Positions 28,242 through 37,326 of a DNA stretch of 64,000 nucleotides are shown piece by piece. Every line of letters begins with the position of its first letter. The first letter of the stretch is position 1. Under the pieces are notes generated by a model, which saw only the letters and a list, made by a program, of their open reading frames with translations, was not told the DNA's origin and did not search any database. The translations under genes and the position numbers were made by a program. The stretch is from Smithella sp. (GTDB taxonomy: Bacteria; Desulfobacterota; Syntrophia; Syntrophales; Smithellaceae): the NCBI GenBank assembly GCA_049664145.1, contig JBATES010000252.1, positions 3,371 to 67,370 of the forward strand, read 5' to 3'.

Positions 28242-29633
28242 TTATGATTCAGAACAAATCCTGTCTCTCCCGTTCTTTTTCGCCAGGTACATGAGTTGGT
28301 CTACCCGTTTAACAAATGCTTTCATCTCTTCCTTCGGCTTATACTGCGCTAGACCTATGCTCACTGTCATAAAGACCTCTTGACCCATCACCGGGGAAAA
28401 AACTTCTTTCCGTAATTCCGTTTGGATTCTTTTAGCGGTTACAATTCCTTCCTCGCTTGTGGTCATCGGCAGCATGATCGTAAATTCCTCACCACCGTAA
28501 CGATAAGCGGAATCGGTCTCGCGCAGGCATCGTTTCAACACCTGACCGAGGCGCGATAATACATTGTCCCCCTCAACATGGCCGTAGGTGTCGTTGAACA
28601 TCTTAAAGTGGTCGAGATCCAGCAATAGAAAGGTCAAAGGCTGTACATAGCGGTTAGACCGCTCAATTTCTCTTTCAAGCTGAGTATAAAAATGTCTTGA
28701 ATTGTAAAGCTGCGTGAGGTCATCTATTATGCTCAGTTCCTGGTATCTATGTTCGCTTTCGCGCAGCTCATTTTCCGCCTGCTTGCGCTCGGTGATATCA
28801 CGGGTTACGCCCAGAATGCCCACAGGTTGCTGATTTTCATCTCTAATAAAGGTAAACTTTACCTCCGTCCACACGGTGGTCCCATCTTTTCGCCTCATTT
28901 CCAACTGAAGCGTACGGGATTCAGTACTCTCTGCATGTTTGATTTTTTCCTGCTCCATAACATCGGATAGGGTCTTCATCGCCAGATCCACGGAGGAAGG
29001 AGTTAATATATCAGTGTATGATTGTTTCAAAACCTCTTCTGTTTCATATCCCCTCAGGATTTTTACGGAAGGGCTGACATAGGTGTAATTCAGATTCATA
29101 TCAAAAACGAAAATGACATCATTGACATTATTGGCCAGAAGGCGATATTTATTTTCACTTTCTTTCAAAGCATCTTCCACCTGCTTGCGCTCGGTGATAT
29201 CACGGTAGTTAACAATTATAGCTTCGACAACATTTTTATGTGCCAGATTGCTTCCCACGGCTTCGAGCGTACGCCAGCTGCCATCCTTATGACGAAGATG
29301 CATTTCACCTTTTATAATAGGATGGTTTGTATCCGTGGACAAAGTAATGAATGAATCAGCTAACAACTTTATGTCATCCGGATGAACAAGCTCAAATCCT
29401 TCGGCGCCAATCCTTTCTTCAGGCTTGAATCCCAATACTCTCTCCACCGCCGGATTGATATAAGTGATAATTCCTTCTAGATTCAAGACAACAATGATAT
29501 CTGAAGAGTGCTCAACAAAAGATTGGAAACGTTGTTCTTCGAGGCGAACATTGCTCCTTATTCGTTCACGCTGGTTGACATTATCCTTAGATCCAATATT
29601 ATTTTTATGCGTTTTGTCACTCTTCTTTTCCAT
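28242..29633 (-). CDS. PAS/PAC (x3) - GGDEF diguanylate cyclase
   Basis: Three PAS-PAC units ending RDITERKQ. C-terminal GGDEF domain with RYGGEEF active-site motif. Confidence 0.85.
   Translation of the reverse strand: MEKKSDKTHKNNIGSKDNVNQRERIRSNVRLEEQRFQSFVEHSSDIIVVLNLEGIITYINPAVERVLGFKPEERIGAEGFELVHPDDIKLLADSFITLSTDTNHPIIKGEMHLRHKDGSWRTLEAVGSNLAHKNVVEAIIVNYRDITERKQVEDALKESENKYRLLANNVNDVIFVFDMNLNYTYVSPSVKILRGYETEEVLKQSYTDILTPSSVDLAMKTLSDVMEQEKIKHAESTESRTLQLEMRRKDGTTVWTEVKFTFIRDENQQPVGILGVTRDITERKQAENELRESEHRYQELSIIDDLTQLYNSRHFYTQLEREIERSNRYVQPLTFLLLDLDHFKMFNDTYGHVEGDNVLSRLGQVLKRCLRETDSAYRYGGEEFTIMLPMTTSEEGIVTAKRIQTELRKEVFSPVMGQEVFMTVSIGLAQYKPKEEMKAFVKRVDQLMYLAKKNGRDRICSES
28778..28803. 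repeat. 26-nt exact intragenic direct repeat, copy 1
   Basis: CCTGCTTGCGCTCGGTGATATCACGG is identical to 29180-29205, 402 nt (134 codons) away. Encodes the RDITERKQ PAC boundary. Confidence 0.85.
29180..29205. repeat. 26-nt exact intragenic direct repeat, copy 2
   Basis: Identical to 28778-28803. Confidence 0.85.
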
Positions 29634-29816
29634 TTTTCCTTTTTCACAGGCAAAGAAAATGGGTTAATAAGCCATTAGAGAATAGTCAAAAGATGTCTAG
29701 ATAATATAGGAATTATATAATGATGTCAATCCCCTCTAAAGAGGGATTTTTATTTATAACTGTTTGTAAGAAAGTATATTTATTGAAATTGCTTTTTTGA
29801 GACTTTCAGGAAGAAG

Positions 29817-30659
29817 CTAAATGATGTCTTCCTTCCTGAAACGCCAGAACAACAACGCACCGAGGATGACGGCATAGATCAGAATGTTGAGGAACAGGTA
29901 AATGGAGAGAAAACCATTAAACCCTTCCCTGCCGATCAAGGAAGAGGCCACCTGCTGTATTCCTGAAATTTTCGGCCATAAATAGTAAATAAGTTTCCAG
30001 CTGGATAAGTCCGATGCTGAACCCGATTGCTGCATCATCGCCTGGCCCATTTGACTCTGGCTCACAGCGACTATCCCATCTGCCATAAAGCTGACTATAC
30101 CAATGCACAGCACACAAAGAAAAGCTATGATGTCGGGCATCAGAAGCGAAAAAAGAAGCACGGCAACAATGACAAAAAGCAGGTTGAAAGAACAAAGAAG
30201 TGAGGCAATGAGATATTCCGGCGCGACCACTTTTAAATTGATGGAAGCAATGATGAACACAATGCTGTGCAGGATAAACATGAAAACAACTGATAAAACC
30301 CACAAACCGAAAATTTTCCCTGAAACATACTGCCAACGGGTCATCGGTTTTGACAGAATACAGGATTGCATCCCCTCATCCCGGTCGCGTTTGAACACGC
30401 GCATTGAAAGCAGAGCCGCCAAAAACATCGCTCCCGCCGCAATAATGTGGAAAATCGCTTTTAAGACGACACGGATAATGGCATCAGCATCAAGCGCCTG
30501 GCCATTCACCATGAAACCGCCTTGAGAACAGCCGCGGACAAACAATATGAACAGCGCACAAATAACAAACATAACGATGAAGCTCTTCTGCCGCACCTGG
30601 TCCATGAGAGTGTATTTCGCAATACTGATGATGGCGGAATGTGCTTTCGACATTTTCAA
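29817..30659 (-). CDS. ABC-2 family transporter permease
   Basis: About 6 TM helices, 280 aa. Starts 1 nt after the stop of the upstream ABC ATPase gene. Confidence 0.7.
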   Translation of the reverse strand: MKMSKAHSAIISIAKYTLMDQVRQKSFIVMFVICALFILFVRGCSQGGFMVNGQALDADAIIRVVLKAIFHIIAAGAMFLAALLSMRVFKRDRDEGMQSCILSKPMTRWQYVSGKIFGLWVLSVVFMFILHSIVFIIASINLKVVAPEYLIASLLCSFNLLFVIVAVLLFSLLMPDIIAFLCVLCIGIVSFMADGIVAVSQSQMGQAMMQQSGSASDLSSWKLIYYLWPKISGIQQVASSLIGREGFNGFLSIYLFLNILIYAVILGALLFWRFRKEDII

Positions 30660-30660
30660 A

Positions 30661-31365
30661 TCAACCTTTCACCAACCTGACAAACACATCTTCCAGCGTA
30701 TCGCCATTCTTGATCAAGGCGGAAATGTTGTCCTTCACCAAAAGCTTGCCTTGATTGATGATGGCGGCGTTATCGCATATTTTTTCAACTTCCGACAGAA
30801 GGTGTGAATTCAGGAAGATCGTCATTCCCTGATCTTTAAGCGATTCTAAAAGCTGGCGTATTTCTCTGATTCCGATAGGGTCAAACCCGGAGGTTGGTTC
30901 ATCGAGCAGGAGCAGTTTCGGATTCCCCAGGAGGGCAGCGCCCATTCCGAACCGTTGAATCATCCCCTTGGAATAAGTGTTCGCTTTGGTATTTTCCCTG
31001 CCTTCCATGCCGATTTGCTTGACGATGCGCCGGCATTGATCTGTCGCATCAGATCGGTCGATATTCAACAACTCAGCACAGCGCTGCAAATATTGCCATC
31101 CGGAAAGATGTGGGGGGATGTGATGGTTCTCAGCCATATAACCTATTGCGGTGCGACTTGCTGCTTGAGTGCTGGGGATACTGTTTATCGACAAGCTTCC
31201 AGATGTCGGTTGGGTGAAGTCCAGCAGCATCTTGACGATGGTCGTTTTTCCTGCGCCATTGGGTCCAAGAAGAGCAAAATATTCGCCGGTCTTGACAGAA
31301 AATGATACATTGTCAACCGCGGCAAAGGAACCATATTGTTTAGTAACGTTATTCAATTTAATCAT
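30661..31365 (-). CDS. ABC transporter ATP-binding protein
   Basis: Walker A LLGPNGAGKTT, signature YSKGMIQR, Walker B LLLLDEP. Confidence 0.9.
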   Translation of the reverse strand: MIKLNNVTKQYGSFAAVDNVSFSVKTGEYFALLGPNGAGKTTIVKMLLDFTQPTSGSLSINSIPSTQAASRTAIGYMAENHHIPPHLSGWQYLQRCAELLNIDRSDATDQCRRIVKQIGMEGRENTKANTYSKGMIQRFGMGAALLGNPKLLLLDEPTSGFDPIGIREIRQLLESLKDQGMTIFLNSHLLSEVEKICDNAAIINQGKLLVKDNISALIKNGDTLEDVFVRLVKG

Positions 31366-31456
31366 AAGTAAAGTATATATTTGTCTCTATTCGACATGTC
31401 AATATCATATAAGCCATCCATTGAGAAACTTGTCATCTGTCCTCCGCGTACATGGC

Positions 31457-32593
31457 TCAGCCTTTCACCCCATGAATCGGAAAGATGTTCTTGCGGACAA
31501 AGTCAACCTTGCTGTCCACGAAACGGTCGACGGAATCCTTCAATGATGGCGAGACATGGAAAGGTTCATCATACAAAATGTCGCCCGGACGCTCGTGCCC
31601 GTACATGGCGCCGCTGATAACCCCTTCATAAGGATCTTTGGGAGTCAAACCGTTGAGCACGGCCCAGGCTAGGGTCCAGCCGCGCACAACATCGGGGATG
31701 CTGTACCCGCCTCCGCCCAAGGCCAATATTTTGGGACAACTTTCCCGGATAGCTTTCATAACCTTGCTGTATCCCAGGTTGGTGCAGCACAGGTTCGTGA
31801 GCGGGTCACGCTTGAGTGTATCCAGGCCGATCAGCGCCACGACGATCTGCGGTTTAAACGCCTTCACAAGGGGCGGATAAACATTCATGAACGTGCGTAC
31901 ATAGGCGTCGTCATCCGTATACTGCGGTAACGGTACATTGACCGTGTAACCAAGGCCCTTACCGGAGCCCATCTCATTTTCAAAACCCGTGCCGGGATAG
32001 ATGGTATCTCCGCTCTGATGGAAAGAAAAATACAGGACTTTGTCTGTATCATAGAAGGCATCCTGCACGCCGTTGCCATGGTGAGCATCGATATCGACAT
32101 AGACGATTCGTTCATAGCCCTTGCCCAGCAAGTCGTTGATCGCCAGGGCTGCGTCATTCACATAGCAGAAGCCTTCAGCATAACTCGGCTTGCCATGATG
32201 AAGCCCTCCATACACATTAAAGGCAATATCAGCCTCGCCCGAGGCGATGAGTTTGGCGCCCAGCATGGTCGATCCAACCGTGAGCAGGGAATAATCATAC
32301 ACGCCCTTAAAAATCGGATTATCATTCGAGCCCAGGCCATAATGCAGCATCTGAAAATCATGACACCCTGAGTTGGCGCTCTTGAGCATCTCAACATATT
32401 CGGCGGTATGGAACCCAAGCAAATCTTCCTCTTTGGCGAAATCGGGTTCAACTATCCTGATACCGGGATGATCGAACAGCCCATAGCGGTAGCAGAGTTC
32501 ATAGACCATCTTGGCTCGATAGGGTTTAAAAGGATGATCCTTGCTTATTTCGAAATCGTTGAAACGAGGAGAATATAAAAAGGCGGAATTCAT
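31457..32593 (-). CDS. Histone deacetylase-family (AcuC/acetylpolyamine amidohydrolase-like) zinc hydrolase
   Basis: GGLHHGKPSYAEGFCYVND, DIDAHHGNGVQDAF, GGGGY motifs. Start moved to ATG 32593 (MNSAFLYSPRF). Confidence 0.85.
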   Translation of the reverse strand: MNSAFLYSPRFNDFEISKDHPFKPYRAKMVYELCYRYGLFDHPGIRIVEPDFAKEEDLLGFHTAEYVEMLKSANSGCHDFQMLHYGLGSNDNPIFKGVYDYSLLTVGSTMLGAKLIASGEADIAFNVYGGLHHGKPSYAEGFCYVNDAALAINDLLGKGYERIVYVDIDAHHGNGVQDAFYDTDKVLYFSFHQSGDTIYPGTGFENEMGSGKGLGYTVNVPLPQYTDDDAYVRTFMNVYPPLVKAFKPQIVVALIGLDTLKRDPLTNLCCTNLGYSKVMKAIRESCPKILALGGGGYSIPDVVRGWTLAWAVLNGLTPKDPYEGVISGAMYGHERPGDILYDEPFHVSPSLKDSVDRFVDSKVDFVRKNIFPIHGVKG

Positions 32594-32854
32594 GAGCACA
32601 CAGTCCTTCTCCGTGATGTTCCTTAGCTGATGAAGCATAACATTAAACCCGCTAAACATCCATACGATTTTCACTGCATTCTAATGGAATGGTGGGCTAC
32701 CCCCTACAATAGTGCCACTGTAAATTAGAGTTCTCCGTTAGACCATCTGTTCCCTTAGTATTGGAGTTGTATTTCCGTCAAAACATGAATATTCATTGGT
32801 TTAGTAATTGCCAATAAGAATGATTGGCTGATTGGAATTTCTTGTGAGGATATT

Positions 32855-33238
32855 TTATTTGCTGAAGCTGAATAATATTTTCAGCTTTTCGGATTCCTGT
32901 TTCCAGTCAATGTAATCTTCCAGTATCTGGATTGCGTAAATCGGCGCGTTGACGAATTCCACGCCAACCTCGTAAGATTCGTCTTCAATGACAACCTTGA
33001 TCCATTTCACTTTGCCAATGGCGTTTATCTTTTCTTCCAGATCCTTTAATTTGAAATTCATGTTCAGAAGCGTATCGACGGGTAAATCGATATTGGTCTG
33101 AATTTTAGCGCCGGTTGCGGAAACATCCCTGGTAATGATTTTTTCTTTAGGATTTTTTTTGTTGGAGATGACATTGATGACCAGCTCATGCTCGTTCTCT
33201 TCATCTTTCATTCTGCGCTTTATTCTTTTTTCTTTCAT
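32855..33238 (-). CDS. PilZ domain protein (putative c-di-GMP receptor)
   Basis: RIKRRMK (RxxxR-like) followed by DVSATGAKI (DxSxxG) about 30 residues later, then a beta-barrel-like C-terminal part. Confidence 0.6.
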   Translation of the reverse strand: MKEKRIKRRMKDEENEHELVINVISNKKNPKEKIITRDVSATGAKIQTNIDLPVDTLLNMNFKLKDLEEKINAIGKVKWIKVVIEDESYEVGVEFVNAPIYAIQILEDYIDWKQESEKLKILFSFSK

Positions 33239-33401
33239 GATGAATTATCCTGCTTTATTGTTTTGAAATGTCTGTTTTCTCTGCCGTCTTGAATTTCTGT
33301 TGATTTGTGATTCCATTATAATAAACGCCGTTTTGTATGTCAATGAAATCCATCCGCATCATTGCTGTGTAAAATTAGTTTTTCTTATTGCTCATGATCC
33401 A

Positions 33402-34304
33402 TTAATTGTGCAGTTTACTGCTGTTCAAATAATCCTGCAGTGCCAGTTGCCACGGTTGCGTGGTCTTTCCTGTGGTCTGAATAAACTTCTGCATGCTTAA
33501 AATACTGTATGCCGGACGCATGGCCGGTCTTTTCAGGTCAGTGGATTTAATTGGTTCGACAACGATTTTATCATAACCGGCTTCCTTTAAAATCCTTACG
33601 GCGAATTGATGCCAGGTGCAACTGCCCCGGTTGGTGACATGAAAAATGCCCTGCGCGTTTTTCTCAATGAGCAGAGCGACTGCCGCGGCCAGGTCTTTAG
33701 TGTAGGTCGGTGAACCGACCTGATCATCAACCACGGAGAGGGTTGACAAACCCTCCGCCTTTGCATTTATTTTCTCCATGGTATTATCAATATATTTTTT
33801 CGCTTCGGCCTTTTCGAGAATGGCCTTGATGAAATTTTTCCCTTTGATTCCGTACAGCCAGGAGGTGCGAATCAGCAGATAATTATCCGAAAGCGTTTGC
33901 AGATAGCGTTCGCCGGCCAGTTTTGATTCTCCATAAACATTGATTGGATTGCATGATGCGTCTTCCTTGTATGGCTCCCGGGCTGTTCCGTCGAAAACGT
34001 AATCGGTGCTGAAATGAATGATCCTGATTTTTTTCCCCCGGCAGGCTTCGGTGATATTTTTAACGGCCTCGGCATTGACCGCAAAGCAACCTTCCCTGTC
34101 CGTCTCGCAACCATCAACATTGGTGTAAGCGGCGGCGTTGATGACGATATCGGGCGCGGCTTCCCGGATGGCGTTTCTGCATTCGTCAGCGGAAACGATA
34201 TCAATTTCTTCCTTATCCATGCCGACCACTTCATGTTCTCTGGAAAGTTTTGTCAGGAGATCACTTCCCAGCATTCCCTTATGTCCCAGCAGCAGTATTT
34301 TCAC
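33402..34304 (-). CDS. rfbD: dTDP-4-dehydrorhamnose reductase
   Basis: MKILLLGHKGMLGSDL, NAAAYTNVDGCE, YGESKLAGE, VVDDQVGSPTY. Confidence 0.85.
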   Translation of the reverse strand: MKILLLGHKGMLGSDLLTKLSREHEVVGMDKEEIDIVSADECRNAIREAAPDIVINAAAYTNVDGCETDREGCFAVNAEAVKNITEACRGKKIRIIHFSTDYVFDGTAREPYKEDASCNPINVYGESKLAGERYLQTLSDNYLLIRTSWLYGIKGKNFIKAILEKAEAKKYIDNTMEKINAKAEGLSTLSVVDDQVGSPTYTKDLAAAVALLIEKNAQGIFHVTNRGSCTWHQFAVRILKEAGYDKIVVEPIKSTDLKRPAMRPAYSILSMQKFIQTTGKTTQPWQLALQDYLNSSKLHN

Positions 34305-35042
34305 TTAGTATTTAACCTCCTTCAGGAACAAACCACAGGCCGGCGCCGTCGCGCCCGCAATGTTTCTGTTTTTAGATTCAATAATTAGCTTCATTTCTTC
34401 AGGCTCCCGTTTACCACGGCCCACGTCCACTAAAGTGCCGATAATGTTCCTGACCATGTATTTCAAAAAGCCGTGCGATTCCACTTTTATTTCAATCAAT
34501 CCCTCTTCGCCGGTCTTAATTTCGATATCGACAATGGTTCGCACGCGATCTTTGACATCCGACCCGGTGGCGCAAAAGCAGGAAAAATCATGCGTGCCGA
34601 GTAAATATTTTGCCGCCTTTTTTATTTTCGCGATATCCAGCGGATAGCGGACATGCCAGAAATAATGGCGACCCAATGCCGGTCGCAGCTTCTGGTTGTA
34701 TATTTTGTAAACATAAATTTTGCTTTTGGCGTCACGCAGCGCATGAAAATCGTCAGTTCTTTCTTCCAGTTTTTTAACGACAATATCCGGCGGCAGCACA
34801 CTGTTGACGCCCAGAAAGATTTTGTTGACGGGCAATTTCGTTTCACATCTAAAACTGCCTACCTGATTCAAGGCATGCACGCCGGCGTCAGTACGACCGG
34901 AACCGATAACGGATACTTTCTGACCGGTTATTTTTTCAATGGCTTCTTCAAGAAGCTGCTGAATGGAGACACCATTATCCTGCCTCTGCCAGCCGCAATA
35001 GGCTGACCCGTCATATTCAACGGTCATTTTAAAATTACGCAT
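34305..35042 (-). CDS. truA: tRNA pseudouridine(38-40) synthase
   Basis: VEYDGSAYCGWQRQ, GSGRTDAGVHA catalytic Asp motif. Confidence 0.9.
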   Translation of the reverse strand: MRNFKMTVEYDGSAYCGWQRQDNGVSIQQLLEEAIEKITGQKVSVIGSGRTDAGVHALNQVGSFRCETKLPVNKIFLGVNSVLPPDIVVKKLEERTDDFHALRDAKSKIYVYKIYNQKLRPALGRHYFWHVRYPLDIAKIKKAAKYLLGTHDFSCFCATGSDVKDRVRTIVDIEIKTGEEGLIEIKVESHGFLKYMVRNIIGTLVDVGRGKREPEEMKLIIESKNRNIAGATAPACGLFLKEVKY

Positions 35043-35087
35043 AGCTATTCCTGATTTTTTTACCGGACAGTTTACGAAAAGGAAACA

Positions 35088-37250
35088 TCAGGCTTCAATT
35101 CTGACCCGCGCATCCAGCGCCACCACTCCGGAACCGTCAGCCAGTACCCGGACAGGATTGATATCCAGCTCGCGAATCTGAGGAAACTGATGGAGAAGAT
35201 GCGTTACTTTTTCAATCATGTTCACATAACCCGCAATGTCACCGGCGCTCTTCCCTCGGGCTCCCTGGAGCATCTTGAAGGATTTTAATTTTCGAACTTT
35301 GGCTTCAATTTCGTTTTTTTCGGCCGGACAAAGGATGTTGGCTGTATCGTTAAAGATTTCAATGTAAATGCCGCCATAGCCGAAAAAGACGACCTGTCCG
35401 AATGACTCATCGAATTGCCCGCCGATGAACATATCGTAGCCCTCACCTGCCTGTTTCATGATCCGAACACCCTGAAAATCGGCGTTGGCTTTATGTTGAA
35501 AAAGATTCTTTTTAATTTTTTCAAATGCATCGCCAACGTCTGCGACATTCTGAATTCCCGTAATCACGCCTCCGGCGTCGGATTTATGAATCGCGTCCGG
35601 TGAGACAATTTTCATGACGACGGGATATCTGATTTTAGCGGCGATTGCGATGGCCTCCTGGCTGTCTTTCGCCACGGCTGATTCCGCTATGGAAATGCCG
35701 AAATGGTTGAGCAGTTCGAGAGATTCCTCCCCTCTCACACCAACGTTGCCCTGAATCCATTTTTGAGCGGCCTGGACATCAACTTTTTCAGGCAGTTTGT
35801 ACACAGGATTGCCCTGCGCCTTCCGGGCATAATAATCGTACTGTTTCTTAAAGGCTCGAATCATCTCGCCGGCGTTATTGAAAATCGGGATATCCAGATT
35901 TTGTTTGATGCGGGAAATCGTCGCGGAAAGACCGAAAAGGCAAACGCCCAGCGGTTTTCCTGACGAGAGAATCGTTCCGGCAACTTCCTTGGATAAATCC
36001 GTATGGAACATCTTGTAAAAAACATCTTCGCCGCGTGGCATTTCCGGCCACTGCGTGACAAATACCGCCCCATCCACATTTTCGTTGTGCATGACAGAAA
36101 AGAAAACATGCGGATATGCGCTCATATCGTAAATATCGCCCATATCCAATGGATTTGAAAAATTGATGACGCCGGCATTGGAAGAATTTTTTAGTTCGTC
36201 ATAGAAAGCTGGACCGGGATCGGCAAATTCAAAACCTGATTCCTCACAAAGATCAGCCATCATTACGGTAAATCCGCCTGCCGGAGACATCACCATGATT
36301 CGATTTCCGCGCATCGGCGGAAGTTCGAAAGCCTTGGCGATGGAAATAAAATCGTTGAAGTGATGGATACGGATAATGCCCGACCGTTCAAAGGCAGTAT
36401 CAATAATATTTTCGTTGTTGGCGAGCGCAGCGGTATGGCTCATGGCGGCTTTTCTGCCCGCGGTCGTTGTGTTGGATTTCAGAATAATCACCGGTTTGTC
36501 TATTTTGGATGCGGCTTCGATAAGACGATCGCCCCGCGGAATACTTTCCAGATACATGCCGATAACTTTTGTTTCGGGATCGCGACCGAAATACTCCAGA
36601 AAATCCACCTCATCCAAATCCAGCTTATTACCGATGCTGGCAAATTTGGCCATCCCGACATTATCATCGGTCATCAGATTCCAGAGCATCAATCCGACAC
36701 CGCCGCTCTGGGAAATAATGGACAAACCGCCTTTGGGCGGGCTGTAGGACGGGACAAACGGAAGACAAAGACCGTTAGCGGTGTTGGCTACGGTAACCCC
36801 GTTGGGACCCACGAACCGGATGCCGTACTGCCTGGCTTTTTGTAAAACAAGTTCGGATAAATTTTTGCCTTCGCCGCCCAGTTCATTGAATCCTCCGGAA
36901 GGGATGGCCAGTCTTTTGACGCCGGCCTGACCACAGGAATCAATGACATCAGGAATCAGTTTTGCGGGCACCAGAATGTATGCCAGATCCGGAACGACGG
37001 GTAAATCCCCCACGTCTTTGTACATTTTTATTCCGTCCACGTGATAATCCGTGGCGCGGGGATTGATGCCGAAGATGCGCCCTTTGTATCCCCAGCGAAT
37101 CAGGTTTTCCAGAACAATCCTGGGAATATTATTGGGTTTTGAAGACAGGCCGATGATGGCGATGGATTCCGGATAAAATAGCTTTTCCAAATTAACCTCC
37201 ATAATCATTGTGATACATATCAGAATTCTTTTCTGCTTGCCAGTTTTCAT
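35088..37250 (-). CDS. NDP-forming acyl-CoA synthetase (fused alpha-beta, acetate--CoA ligase [ADP-forming] family)
   Basis: CoA-binding N-terminus (FYPESIAIIGLSSKP), AAMSHTAALA, and a C-terminal ATP-grasp domain (YPVVMKIVSPDAIHKSDAGGV). Start is uncertain (37250, 37208 or 37202). Confidence 0.85.
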   Translation of the reverse strand: MKTGKQKRILICITMIMEVNLEKLFYPESIAIIGLSSKPNNIPRIVLENLIRWGYKGRIFGINPRATDYHVDGIKMYKDVGDLPVVPDLAYILVPAKLIPDVIDSCGQAGVKRLAIPSGGFNELGGEGKNLSELVLQKARQYGIRFVGPNGVTVANTANGLCLPFVPSYSPPKGGLSIISQSGGVGLMLWNLMTDDNVGMAKFASIGNKLDLDEVDFLEYFGRDPETKVIGMYLESIPRGDRLIEAASKIDKPVIILKSNTTTAGRKAAMSHTAALANNENIIDTAFERSGIIRIHHFNDFISIAKAFELPPMRGNRIMVMSPAGGFTVMMADLCEESGFEFADPGPAFYDELKNSSNAGVINFSNPLDMGDIYDMSAYPHVFFSVMHNENVDGAVFVTQWPEMPRGEDVFYKMFHTDLSKEVAGTILSSGKPLGVCLFGLSATISRIKQNLDIPIFNNAGEMIRAFKKQYDYYARKAQGNPVYKLPEKVDVQAAQKWIQGNVGVRGEESLELLNHFGISIAESAVAKDSQEAIAIAAKIRYPVVMKIVSPDAIHKSDAGGVITGIQNVADVGDAFEKIKKNLFQHKANADFQGVRIMKQAGEGYDMFIGGQFDESFGQVVFFGYGGIYIEIFNDTANILCPAEKNEIEAKVRKLKSFKMLQGARGKSAGDIAGYVNMIEKVTHLLHQFPQIRELDINPVRVLADGSGVVALDARVRIEA

Positions 37251-37326
37251 TAAAAAAGCTAGGATTGCGCCGCTTAAAAATATTAATCATTACGGTTTGA
37301 AGCTCGTGTTATTTTAATTCAAAAGG

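Noticed and set aside
29728-29755. Plus-strand terminator-like hairpin (CCCTC-TAAA-GAGGG followed by a T-rich tract) between two minus-strand genes
   Set aside because: The core stem is only 5 bp, no plus-strand gene or promoter-plus-sRNA unit could be supported, and the orientation is wrong for the ABC permease gene.
32700-32720. TGGCAC on the minus strand upstream of the HDAC-like gene as a sigma-54 -24 element
   Set aside because: The downstream sequence (TGGCACTATTGTAGG) does not place a TTGC/-12 element at the required spacing.
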